Shown: positions 1 to 12,718 of the stretch, piece after piece
Layout of the letters: each line of letters starts with the position of its first letter
Numbering within the stretch: position 1 is the stretch's first letter
NCBI RefSeq assembly: GCF_000181795.1
Contig: NW_003526948.1
Coordinates: 2,844,327 to 2,905,797 of the forward strand
Length of the DNA stretch: 61,471 bases
Source: Trichinella spiralis
Lineage: Eukaryota
Direction of reading: 5' to 3'
Translations under genes and position numbers: made by a program
The notes under the pieces: generated by a model
The model's input: the letters and a program-made list of their open reading frames with translations, nothing else
Told to the model about the DNA's origin: nothing
The model's database searches: none

Positions 1-33
1 TTTATTTTTATATATTAACTTATATTTGTGTAG

Positions 34-2866
34 GATGATTCAGCATAGCTTGTATTATTTTGAAAGTATTTTTAACAGTTGCATTTAATACTGGTTGATG
101 CTTTTGTATGATTGATAGATTGTAATTTTATATTTTTAATTTTCCTTTAGTATATTAATGAAAAAAATGTTTTTTTAGCAATAAATGGTAGCGTTATTCG
201 ATTGTTGAAGCTGGATTTGATGTGTCGTTGTCATCTTCCGAAACTAGCGGACTGCGTCAGTGATATGGAATGGTGTGCCTATTCGCAATCCTATCTGCTC
301 GGCATCACCGATACAAATCGTTCAGTGACGTTTTATAAAGTGGAAAAGGAGCACGAATTGGAAAATCGGTGATTATTTAATTTTAATACGAATGAAAAAG
401 AAAACTTTTGCTTTTATTAGATATGAATTGGTGAAAATCACGTCGGACAATCCCCAAAAAGACGCGGCAGTGCGTTGTTCGTTGACATGGTGCCGAGGTT
501 TGAATGAGAAACTTCTCACGCCGCAGGTGATGGAATTTGTGGACAATTATTTCAAAGTGGCTGTTTGGTTTGAAAATGTTATTTACATTTTCAACGTGAA
601 GAAAATTTGCCAAGAATTTGGTTCGAAAACTACATACGACGCGATCGAATCGAAAGTGTGCAAAATTACTGAAAGCAAGGTAATACTTTTTTTTTCTTAT
701 TGAACAATATTAATGATTTTCATGTTTGATTCAGAACATCACCAGTGCTCAGATATCAGTCGATGGCTCCACGGCTTGCCTGAGCAATGAAGATGGGCAG
801 TTGAAATTTTTCAAACTCGACAAATCTCAGGAGGCTCACTGCATCCGTACGTTTCAGGCGAACGGTACCGATCCTGTATCGTGGTCGTATTTTTTCACCG
901 ACAGTAGCATGTTCACTTCCAAGTGATTTTTTTTGACAAAATTTTTTCCTCTTTCACATTACCATCCAGCCGTTGTTTTTAGCTCGCCCAAAAATGCCGG
1001 CTATGTTTTCACGGCGGCGGAGAACAATCGAGTGATAAGTTTGTGGAATCCGACCGAATCAAAAATGACATCCTGTTTGAAGCAAGTTTTTTGCTTATGG
1101 TTTATTTATTTTTTTTATTTTTCATTTTTATTCAGATTGGTCGGTGAAAATAATCCACAGGATACGACACCTTTTGTTTTGTGTGTGGACAAAAGTGGAA
1201 AATTCCTTTGCATTTCCGACATTGCCAACAAAGTGAATATATAATTTGTTATTATGCAAATTATGTCATTTTTGTTTCCATTTCTTTGTAGCTGCTGTTT
1301 ATTGTCGCTTTGGAGGAGTCGAAAAATTCCTTTTACATGCGTGTTTTGTCCGTCTTTCCGCTGGTCAAGCCGTTGATCTTCATTGCCGTTGCGGAATTCA
1401 AGTGCATCACAGGTTTCTTGACTTTTCATTCAACATTTGCCACTTTTTTCTTTCATATTGTTGAACTTTTCAGAAGCACGTCAAAATTCAAAAATTGGGG
1501 AGCGACTTGTTCGAGCTGAAATTTACGCAATCAACGAACAGTTAATGGGATATATTTTTTTAATGTTATTTGTATTTCTAATATCTTATTTTACTGCTCG
1601 TAGATCACTTGCGAAGTTGACAATCAATTATGACGAAAAAGGAGAGGCGAATCTTGAACAGAAACTATGCGATGTGAAAATTCAACTTCTCAGCGATATG
1701 CCGAATGAAAATAAACGCAAAACTAAGTATTAATTTTTGCTTTTTATTAAATTGAAAATTCCAATATGAATTGTTCATGTTGTAAAGTTGAAATTTTTTG
1801 AAGGCCTCAGCCTGTGCAAGCGATTCCACCAGTGAAAGTTGAAAATCAGACGGCTGTTGTACCAGATGAAAAAGTAATTTTATGATTCTTTTTCAATCCA
1901 TTAATTATGATAATTGACAGACGACATAGAAGCGAAGGCTGAGTTTTAGTTGTATGAATATTTTTTCAAATGTTATTCAACAGGCTTCATTCATCTTTAG
2001 ACGTTTTCGACAAAGTATGTTTTGTCTAATTTTCTTTGATCTGGTTGAAATTTTAGAAATTGAATAATAATAATAATAATGATGAAAGTAAGACAACTGT
2101 GAACAACACCGTGAATGAGCAAGACGATTTGCTTAAAGAATTGAAATCAATGATGGAAAATCAACGATCCACAATGAGCAGCGTATTATTGAAAATGGAA
2201 CAAATTGACTTGCAAAGTAAATGAACAATTAATTTGGCAAAAACTTTTCAACTTATGCAAATTATTTGTCGGTTTTTTTTCCAGTGCGACACATGACAAA
2301 TTCAAATATAAAATTAGTGAAGCCTGCATCAAATTACGAAGACTTGCTTAGTTTGATTTCTGAACGTCGTTACAGTATTCTGTTTGCAAGAGTAAGTTTT
2401 ATTGTTTATTTTTCTTTTTCATTGAAGCTTGTGCATTTTGCAGGTGTTGACGGCAAATACTACGGATGAATTGAATTACGTGTGTGATGTGTTGGAACCA
2501 TGGGATATTTTCAATGGATCTCAGTCGACATTTGTCATTTCGCACATGGCTGTTTTGATGATTGCGGTGTCGAAAACGTTGGCTGTTAGCACTGAAAACA
2601 AATTCAAGTATACATTTGAAAAGAAAATCAAACTGTTTTCCAAAGTTGCACGTTATTTTTTAAAAAAAAATTTTTTTCTCTTCAGATACGTACAGGCGAT
2701 GTTGGTTGCGATGAGCAGAAATGCTTTGGATGAGGGTAATCGTCATGCGATTTTGGTTTTGAAGAAAATGTTGACCATCTATGTCGAAGAAGAGTCGAAT
2801 CCGATAGCTCAACGTTGCGTGGCGAATGTTTTGTTAATGGCTTGCGAACATCTGTTGGCCAAATAA
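34..2866 (+). CDS. EDC4: Enhancer of mRNA-decapping protein 4 (EDC4/Ge-1)-like; multi-exon, probably 5' partial
   Basis: The N-terminal exons look like WD40 repeats (AINGSVIRLLKLDL..VSDMEW; ITSAQISVDGSTACLSNEDGQLKFF; VFTAAENNRVISLW). The last exons (VLTANTTDELNYVCDVLEPWDIF..ENKFK/YVQAML..) resemble the EDC4 C-terminal domain (ALTAADLNLVLYVCETVDP..DLKLSYLEEA). Stop is TAA at 2864-2866. Short introns occur throughout. Confidence 0.7.
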
Positions 2867-4192
2867 TTCCGTATTCGATGCATTTCTAATTTTTCTTCAA
2901 CTATTCTTATATATTTTCTTCTGTTATAACGTTTATGTGTTTTGCATGAGCACATTTTTTTTTCATCTATCTCGAAGCAATCTTATCACATTTAATATTT
3001 GGAGTTGCTAAAATTTGATGAATAGGAGTTTCTTTTTGGTTAACTCAAGCAAATATAATATTCCATTGCGTATATGTTTGCGCGAAATGTGACTGATGGT
3101 GCACTTTTTTTTTGAATTGCATTTCATATGAAAAGTTGGGTTTGCTATATTCAAAATATTTACTATATATTTATTTCCCAGTGAGATTATGAAGACAATA
3201 TCAGTTCTATTTGTTGCCTTTCAATTTTTGAGATGCAATATTATTCATCAGCACTTGGTCATTTTTGTTTTAGTTAACATCTTGATGAACGTCTTATCAT
3301 TTAACCAAAACTTCCTCTCTGTTATAAGCGATGCTGTTGTGTTCATTATCATTAACTTTGCATTTCATATTTTACAAAAAAGTGTTTTTGCACATTTCAG
3401 GTGTGTTTTATTTTGTTGCACGTATACGTATGTATTTGAATTTTCAAATGAATTTCCAAAATTATTCAACGAGCACGTTCCTATTATAGTGGAAATAACG
3501 AAATACTATAAACTTTTTAGTGTTTTTGCTATTTTTATTGTAAGCAGAGCATCTGCATTAATATGGTTATTTGTTTATATGAGAAGTAAAATTTTCCACT
3601 ATCAATGATCAGAGCAACAGTTGTACGAGCGTTAATAAAAATTATGCGCAAAAAATTAAGTTACTTCACTAAACATTTACAATATCGACCATACATGGAT
3701 AAGCGAATCATTTACATTGGTTAAAATTTGATTATTTATATATCAAAAGAAAAGACACTAATGTATGGACACTTACTTTTAATAATAACTTGTAAATCAT
3801 CGAGATATTTTAGCGTATTTTTATAAAACAGTAAAATTGCACTTGTAAAATGTCAGAAACTCTCCTGAAGATTGAAACAACAAAAATTAGCCAATTAGCC
3901 AAATGAAATAGAGAAAAAGAATCAAATGAATAATCCTTATATTCAGTGTAGAAAATTAACTTGAAAAATAAATTCTAAAATAGTGATATAATATGATAAA
4001 TAAAATTTACTTGGTTTTAATATTAATCGTAGAAGGAAAATTTTACTTGTCATTGCATTATGGTTTCCTTGGCAATATTTGAATAATAAAATGTAAATTC
4101 AAAAATTTTACTGAAAAAGTTAATTTATTTTCATTAAAAAATCTTAATCATAAATTAATACAATATTTGAAGAAATTATTTATTTGAATAAA

Positions 4193-4201
4193 TTTCCCGC
4201 G
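4193..4201 (+). promoter_or_regulatory. Candidate E2F site (TTTCCCGCG) upstream of the SUV39H-like gene
   Basis: Exact E2F-type motif in otherwise extremely AT-rich DNA, ~660 nt before the proposed ATG, with a TTTGAA hexamer just 5' of it. Motif match only. Confidence 0.25.
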
Positions 4202-4859
4202 GCTTGACATTTCATCTATCTTTCATACAATATAAAACTTGCGTACTTGTTCTTTTCTACAGTAAGAATAAAAAGTAATGTGCAATTTTGTGAGGATTGT
4301 CAGTTTTACTGACGTAAGGCTTTTCCATTTAAAAAATCTACTCTTGATATCATTAATCTTTATTATAAATTATTAATAAGTGACTACTTGTTGATTTTAT
4401 TATGGTTATAAAAGACATGCTTTTTCTGATAAGCGGGCAATTTTATTTGTGAATTCTTGTTAGTTACTTGTTCCATTATTAAATGTTCACGTTCATTCTG
4501 ATTGTATCAATTCTGTATCAAATCAGTTAACAAACTGTTCTATTGGTAATAATGACCGTAAGAAACATATTAGTTGATAAACATTTTTATTAATATTTTT
4601 ATTTATTATTTTACAAGGCAAAATTGAAATATTAAAAATAATATTTTTGAAGTTTAGCATAAAATTGATACAAAAATTATGTGCATGCTTATTTTATTAA
4701 AATTTTAAATGCTGTTTATAAATTATTATTAACAAAGATTTTTCCGCGTATGTATATTTTGATTGTACTTTTATTTAAAATACTGACAATTAAAATTTGT
4801 TTTTATAGAGTTTGAACATCTGAAAATTTATCTGACCATTTTGACAATAGAAAAAAAAG

Positions 4860-7800
4860 ATGGCGTTTGAAGTCAAATCTGAACTGCAAACTGCCCAGGT
4901 ATTTGTCTGTCGTTTTTGTTTTTCAATTTTTACAATTAATAATGAAATTTCTTCCCACTACTATGTAACGTATTTATTTAATTAAGTACGATTAAATTTT
5001 ATAACTGGTATAAATATATGTATTTATTTATTTGTATTTTTTTTCATTTTCCATTAGTAAGATCGAGGAAGTTTTTATTAATTGAACACTTGCCATTGTT
5101 TTGGTAGGTCAGTTTACATTTTTCGTTTCAAAATTCAAACCATGTACAATTGTACACGGGGTTTCAAACAAAGAAATTAGAACGGTTATCACATTTGTTT
5201 ACAGTTTTCGGTAGTGCATTTTTATATCGTCATCGATTGATGGATATTGATTTTTTCATTGAAATTAAAATTTAGCGTTTCTTGGAGAGAAATGAAAAGT
5301 TATTTGACGAGTCAACCGCGTGGTCAACACATTTAAATGTGTATCGTTCGGGTTGTTCAAAGAAAGCTTTTGTCATTGATTTTTAATTTGTGCCCACATT
5401 AGTTGCAGTGAAAATTTTACAGTAAGCAGTTTATAGGATAGTGCTGTTGCGAATTGAAGGTCTGTTGTAATAAATCTGTAAGCCGTGAAGTTTTGTTGTC
5501 ACGGGAAAGTTTTTTTCTGTTTAGTTTTAAATTTTTGATGCTGTTCAGTTTCTGGTCGACGTAGCGGGTCATTTCGAAGTGCAATTTCACATCCAAAGGA
5601 ACCATTAGAACTTGCATATATTTAAAATGGTTTTAAGTACAGTATATATTTGATTTTCATGTTTAGTGTGATGAATTTTTAAAAAGATTGCTTGAAATAA
5701 AAGATGGAAAAAAAATTTTTTTTTGATTTATTAATTTGATATTTTCCATTGTTCAGTTAGCTGAAGAGACTGCGTTGATTGGAGCGGGGGAAAGTGGGGA
5801 TGTGGATGAGATGGAAGTGGCGGACGTGGTGTCGAATATGATTCTTCAAATTGAAAACTCCAAGTTTGACGAACCGAAGCCACCAATGCCGAAGTCGTCC
5901 ATGTTGATGACCGGTCGCAAGTCTTCGGGTCTGAAGAGCGATTCCACCGCCAGAGGTGGCAAAGTTTACGTGGCGCTGAAGAGGTCGCATCCCTGTGGCC
6001 AGGCGTTGAATGTGGCCGTGGCGCGCAAATCTACCTTGATCGATCGACTGGAGCAAGTATCCCGTCGCCGTGGTCGACCACGAGGTATCCGCACGTCGAC
6101 GCTGGTCCGGACCCGGTCACGGGGACGACCGAGAATTCGAAACACCTTCGTCCACGTGGAAACTCCCGATTCAAGCGCCCTTTCCCCGCCGCCGGTACTC
6201 CATTCGTATTCGTTGAAGCGTGGTCCGTCGCTGAGGCGACGGCCGGGCCGGCGTGGCAGTATGTCCGGCTTTGTCACCAACAGGGGTCGAGTTCCGTCGG
6301 ATTATTTCAACAACGACGCCATTGCCGAGCAATTCTACTACGACTACAGCTGCTTGCCAGGGTTGGCCAGTCGTTGGAGTTTCGAGCGAGTCAACAAGTA
6401 CAGCTTCAACGTGCGCTACATCGGTGACAGTCGGTTCGTTGTACGCAACAGGCGTTCCGTATGTCCAGGACAGACGAACTTGTCGTCGTCGTCGTCGTCG
6501 TCGTTGAGCACTGAATTGCCGCGGTACAATTCCACTGGTCTTTCGGGTTCCGGTTCCACTCCAAGCACGGTTTACTGTTTGAATTTCCGTCTGCCCGCAG
6601 TACTGGCGCCCAGACAGTTCCTTGTGCTGAGGGAGCAAAAGCTGAAACAGCTACGTCTTCTGAAAGACTGGGAAAGGGCGATGAATCGCATCTGTGCTCG
6701 CGACGGCATTGCCCAACTAGTAGTGGAGAACAAAGTCGACATGACTCTTCCTCCGAATGGGTTTCAGTTTGTCACCCAGTCAGTATCCGAAGTCAGCGCA
6801 CCGATGTTGGAAACCGTGCCAGTGGGTTGCTCTTGCAAAAATTGTCTTTTGGATTGGAAGAGCTGCTGCGCATCACAGACGAGCATCGGAAAATTCGCCT
6901 ACGATCGGTATCGCCGTCTGAAGCTTGGAAACTGCCAACCAATTTTCGAATGCGGTCTGCTGTGCAAATGCGACGTCAGCTGCGCAAACCGAGTAGTACA
7001 AAATGGACGTCAATACAAGGTGAAATATATCTGACGTGAAATTTCATTTGTGCATATTATTAGGTAGATAGGCATGTTTGCTTCTTCAGGTATGTATATT
7101 TCGAACAAAAAACAACGGTTGGGGTGTGAAAGCGGCTGAATTTATCCCTCGAAACGCCTACGTCATGGAATATGTAGGAGAGGTATGTTGTTGTTGTTAT
7201 TTGGCAATCTCACCTAATGAGGCGTTGTACCAGATTATTACCGATGCCGAAGCTGAACGTCGAGGTGCAATTTATGACGATCTTGGCGAAACGTATCTGT
7301 TCGATTTGGACTATTTGGAAACGACGAAATTTTCCATCGACGCCAAATTTTTCGGAAACGAATCTCGATTCGTAAACCACAGTGTAATTGTTAAAGTAAC
7401 ATTATTTTGTGATCAGAATTTTGCAGCGTGTAAATTGTATTTCCAGTGCGAACCGAACATGCGCGTCCACAACGTTTGGGTCAATAATTACCATTTGAGC
7501 TTGCCACGTTTGGCGTTTTTCACCATCAGGGACATCAGTCCAGGTGAAGAGTTGACGCTGAATTATTACATGTGTAAAGCAATTTTCTCTTTCTTCTTTA
7601 TTATTTTGATTATAATTATAATTGGGAAATTTAATTTTTTCAGATAATGACATTCCGTCCGATTCCAACCAAATAGCCCAAAACATGAAAATAATCCCTT
7701 GTCTCTGCGGTAGCAAGGGATGTAAAAGAACATTATTTGTCAAACTGCACGGCATTTCTCCGGTCAGTATTCAGGGTTTTTTCCGTCTAGGGTGTTTTTT

Positions 7801-7987
7801 CTTCTTTTATCCCATTATGTACGGTTTTTTAATGTTTTGTATGCAGAACAAGCAACGGATAATTGCAGAAGCAGCTGCGCATAATTCTCAACCTTCATCC
7901 ACATCCACGTTCACGTCGAAACAAGCTGGAATCGAAGGCGGCGGCAATAATGCTACGCCTTGTGACGCGACACAGATGGAGAACTAA
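4860..7987 (+). CDS. SUV39H: SUV39H/Su(var)3-9-family histone H3K9 methyltransferase (pre-SET, SET, post-SET)
   Basis: The proposed exon 1 (4860-4898, MAFEVKSELQTAQ, phase 0) joins the large exon 5757-7019. Motifs: LKDWERAMN..LVVENKVDMTLPPNGFQFV; pre-SET GCSCKNC..CC..IFECGLLCKCDVSCANRVVQNG; SET GWGVKA, EYVGE, YLFDLD, RFVNHS/CEPN, GEELTLNY; post-SET CLCGSKGC. The last exon ends TAA at 7987. Confidence 0.9.
6483..6503 (+). repeat. (TCG)7 coding microsatellite encoding poly-Ser
   Basis: Seven tandem TCG codons within the large SUV39H exon. Confidence 0.9.
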
Positions 7988-8668
7988 TCAATTTCAGTTG
8001 CCCAAAGCAAGACTCAACTTTCTCTCTCTCTTTCTCTTCGTGTAATCCACAACTATTCATCATCATATTCTCAATCTCTCTTTCGCTTATTCTATTTGCA
8101 CATGTATTAATTTCTTTTTAAATTCAATTAGCCATGAATTCTAGATTAAAAGAATGGATTTATCTATCTATCTATCTTCACTGTTGTAATCAGTTTTTAC
8201 TGTTAATCAAAAACTGCTAATCCATTCATTCATTCATTCATTGATTCATCACAAATACCATCACAGTATGCTTTACTCTTGTTAAACTTTACAATGAAGG
8301 CAAGCAATTAATTAATTCGACAATTGGCAAACATAACAAACCAACTGTTTCAGTGTTCAATAGCTATTACAAACATGCTTAGTGTTGCTTTTTTTTCTCT
8401 CTCTCTTACAATACTGAACATTTTTGTAATCAATTTACATAACAGTCATCGTCCTATTACTTGATCGACAAAAAGAAACAAAACAAGCCAATAATAACAT
8501 GAAAGTCATCACAAATACATACACGCAGGTATATATATGTCTTCGTATAAAACAATACACAGTGTAACAATGTAGCATTATTTTTAGAAAAGGCAGAACG
8601 AGTACATTAACAAATAATATGTTATCGCATTAAGATAACTTATCATTCAAGGAAGTACAGGTGGTAAA

Positions 8669-10070
8669 TCATCGAGAAGCTAGATTATTCAGTGAACTTC
8701 TTGATAAGATAGACCGAACATCGACGCAAAAACGAAGCGAGTCCAAAAATGGCAACAATTTCAGCAATTCAATATCAGTTGGGTCAGTAAACCAAGATTT
8801 TATGGGTATGGCATTGTCTGTATTGAAAAGAAAAAGAATAATAATCACGCATACACTTATGCAAATTATTATACAATTTTAAAATTATTCAAATACCTGG
8901 AAAAAGGCGATACGCACCAGGAGAATTGTCTAGAATACAAACAGAAGACAAATCCGAAGATACTGAAGAAATATCTTTCGTATATCCTCCGTAATCGATT
9001 GTACAGTGCTGAAATTGAAAGAAAACAATTTTTCAAATTCATTAATAATAACTCGATAAATTAATTAGAAAAAATAATAATAATAAACTGTACTTGTCTG
9101 TAATATCGACGGTTTAACATGCCTCGGCCTTGATCAAGCCGATCAGCAACTGCTGACCCGTACACTTCCATACTAGCAGTAAAAATAACTAAATCAAACC
9201 ACCTACTAACCTAAAAATTAACATTTTTCACAAACCCAATAAATCTTTCTCACGATCAGATAAATTTTCTCCAACACATATTCATATATAGAGATAGATA
9301 GACAGATAGATAAATAGATAAATGCTAAGTATTATTATCACATGACATAAAATTCTAAATATAAATAAAATTTGAAATTTGAAAAACTTGCATTTAACGA
9401 AGTGTAATTTGTCAAAAATGACAAATGTGAGTATTCCTATTGAAATAGGACAAAACAAATTGTTCTCTTCAAAGAAGTAACTTGTCTTACAATTGAAAGA
9501 AAATAATCAACATGTGGACGTTTGTATACAAAAAATCGAACTGGATGCCGATCAATGGTAACCTGAAAAAAATAAAATATGCAAAATATGCAAAACCATA
9601 ATAATTTCATAAATTTAGAAAGAGCAAAAAATGAGCAATTTTCTCTCGTCCAATCAAATTACTCGTAAAATAAAATCCGGCGGTGTCCCAGGTTTGACCA
9701 TCGGCCGTACAATACCATCGTGATGGGAATGGATCAGCGTTTCATCCAAATCTAGGACCAGTATTTTACGGCCAGTAATTGCTGCAAATTATCAAATGGA
9801 AAAAAAATGTCGAATCTTCGAACAAAATCACCATACCTAACCGCTGCATGCTAATGGCGTTCAAATTGATATTCTCATATGTGATAACCTGACGCTGAAT
9901 AATCTGCAAATTTGTACAAAACATTTAGAAAATTTATGTTAAATTAAAGCTAAAAATAATAATTCATATTTTACCTGCCGCGCTTGTTTCCGAAAAAGAA
10001 ATAAAATAAATTGAAACACTTTCACCAAACATCTTATCACTTTCTTCAGCATCGTTAGCGTTTTCAGCAT
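8669..10070 (-). CDS. CTDNEP1: CTD nuclear envelope phosphatase 1 (Dullard/Nem1/CNEP-1), multi-exon
   Basis: Not captured by the ORF track. Hand splicing gives [177 protein letters not shown]. The HAD DxDxT motif is intact. Confidence 0.93.
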
Positions 10071-12718
10071 ATTTTTATATTTCCATTTTACATAACAGCC
10101 ACAAATGGAAAGTTTCTTCTACAAAAACCATACATACAACATATTTGAAAAACATCCCAAATACAATGTATAAATCTGCATAAACTAACAAACAACACAA
10201 ATGAGAAAAGTGAAAAAAAATAATATATGGGTATTCAAATTTTCAAACTGATATCACAACCAGAAATATCAACAAACAAATCAATGATTCGATAATGCAC
10301 AGCTGATTTGAAAAATCTGAACTACCTGGTGATAGGAATTTTCTTGTATACTGAAAATATGAAACAAAAACACAAAATTCACCAGTTACAAAATTCACAT
10401 GCAAATGGGTAAAAGTGCACAAATGGCACCTGAAACAGTAAAGTAGCGTTAATGGGAAAAAAATACAAATGACACAATTCAAATAAGCAGCATAATCGTT
10501 AAATAATATTTAAGTGAATCTATTATTCTTCACCCGATTGTAACTTAAATATGAAACACAACAAATAAAAAAATAAAATTCAGAATTAATAAAAATTTTT
10601 ATTATACGAAAGAGTGGAGCAGATAGATGGAAGAGAAATAACGCATAATAATTACTGTAAATAATTACAGTATAAAACAAAAAATGAAGCACAACGAAAG
10701 TAGCTGGCACATTTATTTCTACTTTGTTCTTGCATTTGAAAAGCTTATCAATTTATAAGTTATAATTTATCTTGATAAAACACCGTAATGTGATAAGCAG
10801 TAATATGTAAATGTTTAATTTTCCTTTTACTCGAGTTTGACAAAAAATCATTATATTGGTTGAACTTTTTACCACGACATCAAGTTCACTCTTGTCTGAA
10901 GGAATTTTTTGAAACTTCTCTTCAAATTGCTGGTGATTGCAATAATTTAAATTTGAAAATAAATTCGCATGGAAACTTTATGGGCAAATGGAAAATTCAT
11001 TTTAATAAACTGAATTGAGCACCGTGCGATTGTATACGTTGACCTACTAATGCTTCACTGGAGTTCATGTATTCAATGATATGAAGCAACTTACTGAAAA
11101 GAAATTATTCTTCGAAGTGGATACCATTATTGACGCTAACTTTATCCGATGAGCAAAATCTACCAATTACCGCTGCTTCACTTCGATTGTACAAATACAA
11201 AATTTGTAAATGTCAAATCATATATGCATGAACAGGCACTGATCTTTTAGTTTTGTTTTCGCAGAACAGCACTATTAAAAGCTGAAATTAAGCTGTATTT
11301 AATTTTGATTGATCAACGTTTCTGAAGAAACCGTCTCAATTAGAAAAGTTTTCAATAACAGCAGTTGCTATGTATCATTAATAAGCTGAAAGCATTCGGC
11401 GGTTTACTGCGCAGATTGATTCCGTTGCCAAATCTTATACTTGGAATATTGTTTACAGACAGGGACATGTAACACAGACCAATTACCATGCTGATTGTCA
11501 TTGTCATGAATGATTGCCTTCTTTGTCAGAGATAATAAGCCTCAATACATATATAGCAGTGGACTACCACCTGCTGGGTGTCCAGGCTTTCGTGATATCT
11601 GAAAGTGTTCTTGTTTCAACTTAGTCCGCAATTTTTTCACATCTCAGATGTATCACTTGAAAAGCATCTTCTTTCAACGTTTTTCCAACGTTGTTCTGTT
11701 TCACAACAAATTGCACACTCAGCTGCATCCTAGAAGAATCCGCAGCTGCTGATATTTGCTATTTTATGCATCATAATGACTGCTTTTTAAAGCCAACTGG
11801 CAGATGTTAGCTTTCTTGTTCACTAAAAAAGAAACCCACATCAGAGAGTCTGCGCTGATAGCATCATTGCAATTATATAATTGAAAACATTTATTTGTTC
11901 AAAGTTAAACTTATGCAGCCTGAAATTTTCAGCTAACTGGATGCCAGCTTTGCTAAATAGAAAAATCCAAAACTTAGTTTGTTTGAAGAAACTTACCTTT
12001 TTGCAGTTTTATCTATTTGTTATCTAATTTCTCTGAATTAATCTCAAATAATTATCGCTCAGTTAACAAAACTTTGTTCATAAACAAAGAAATAACTAAT
12101 ATGGGATATGAAATCCCTATTCAGAGCAAACAATGGTAAACTTTTTGTTAATACTTTACCCTAAATCTGTATTACTTTTTTTGATGGAAATTATATATTC
12201 AGTTGTAGTTGTTGCGCAAGTGATTGCAATTGTACGCTCAGCAGCATCGACATTTATGTCAATTTACAAATTATTAATAATAAGTTCAAAATTGAAAAAG
12301 GAAAATTATTGCATTTTCAAAATGCAAAGATAAGCTGCAATTTTAAGCTAGTAAAAAATATCTATGCAAAAGATTAAACTAAATCATGTGTTTGTTCACT
12401 GAAAGCGATCGTTAAACTACTCTTGTTTGTTCACAAGATGACCTAATATTTGCTGTTGTTTTTACTAAATGACGTTTGTGCCAGTTGGAAGAAAGTGTTC
12501 TTTTTATAATTTTTTTGTTTTTCAAATAACTTATTTTTTCAAATTAAAAGTAAAATTTTAAATAATGTTATTTCTAAATAATTAATTGTCTACTTTTTTA
12601 ATCAATAAAAACTTTAAAGTTGTTGTTATTATTTTCTTACTGTATATTACAGTATGTTTCATGCATATCACTTTAATATATCATTTGCTTAGTTCCTCAT
12701 TGTGGTGCCGTTGTCAGA

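Noticed and set aside
3189..3608. 139-aa hydrophobic ORF that resembles a multi-pass membrane protein
   Set aside because: Its F/I/L/V-rich composition is what T-rich non-coding DNA produces. It has no motif or splice support and lies just downstream of the EDC4 stop.
4860..4898. Possible eIF2-gamma/Su(var)3-9 shared first exon as in insects
   Set aside because: The peptide lacks eIF2-gamma motifs (e.g. NIGTIGHVAHGKST), and no eIF2-gamma exons occur nearby.
5757..7039. Overlapping antisense and alternate-frame ORFs (5757-6056, 5966-6280, 6171-6638, 6253-6507, 6827-7039)
   Set aside because: Shadow ORFs of the GC-rich SUV39H exon, with no independent motifs.
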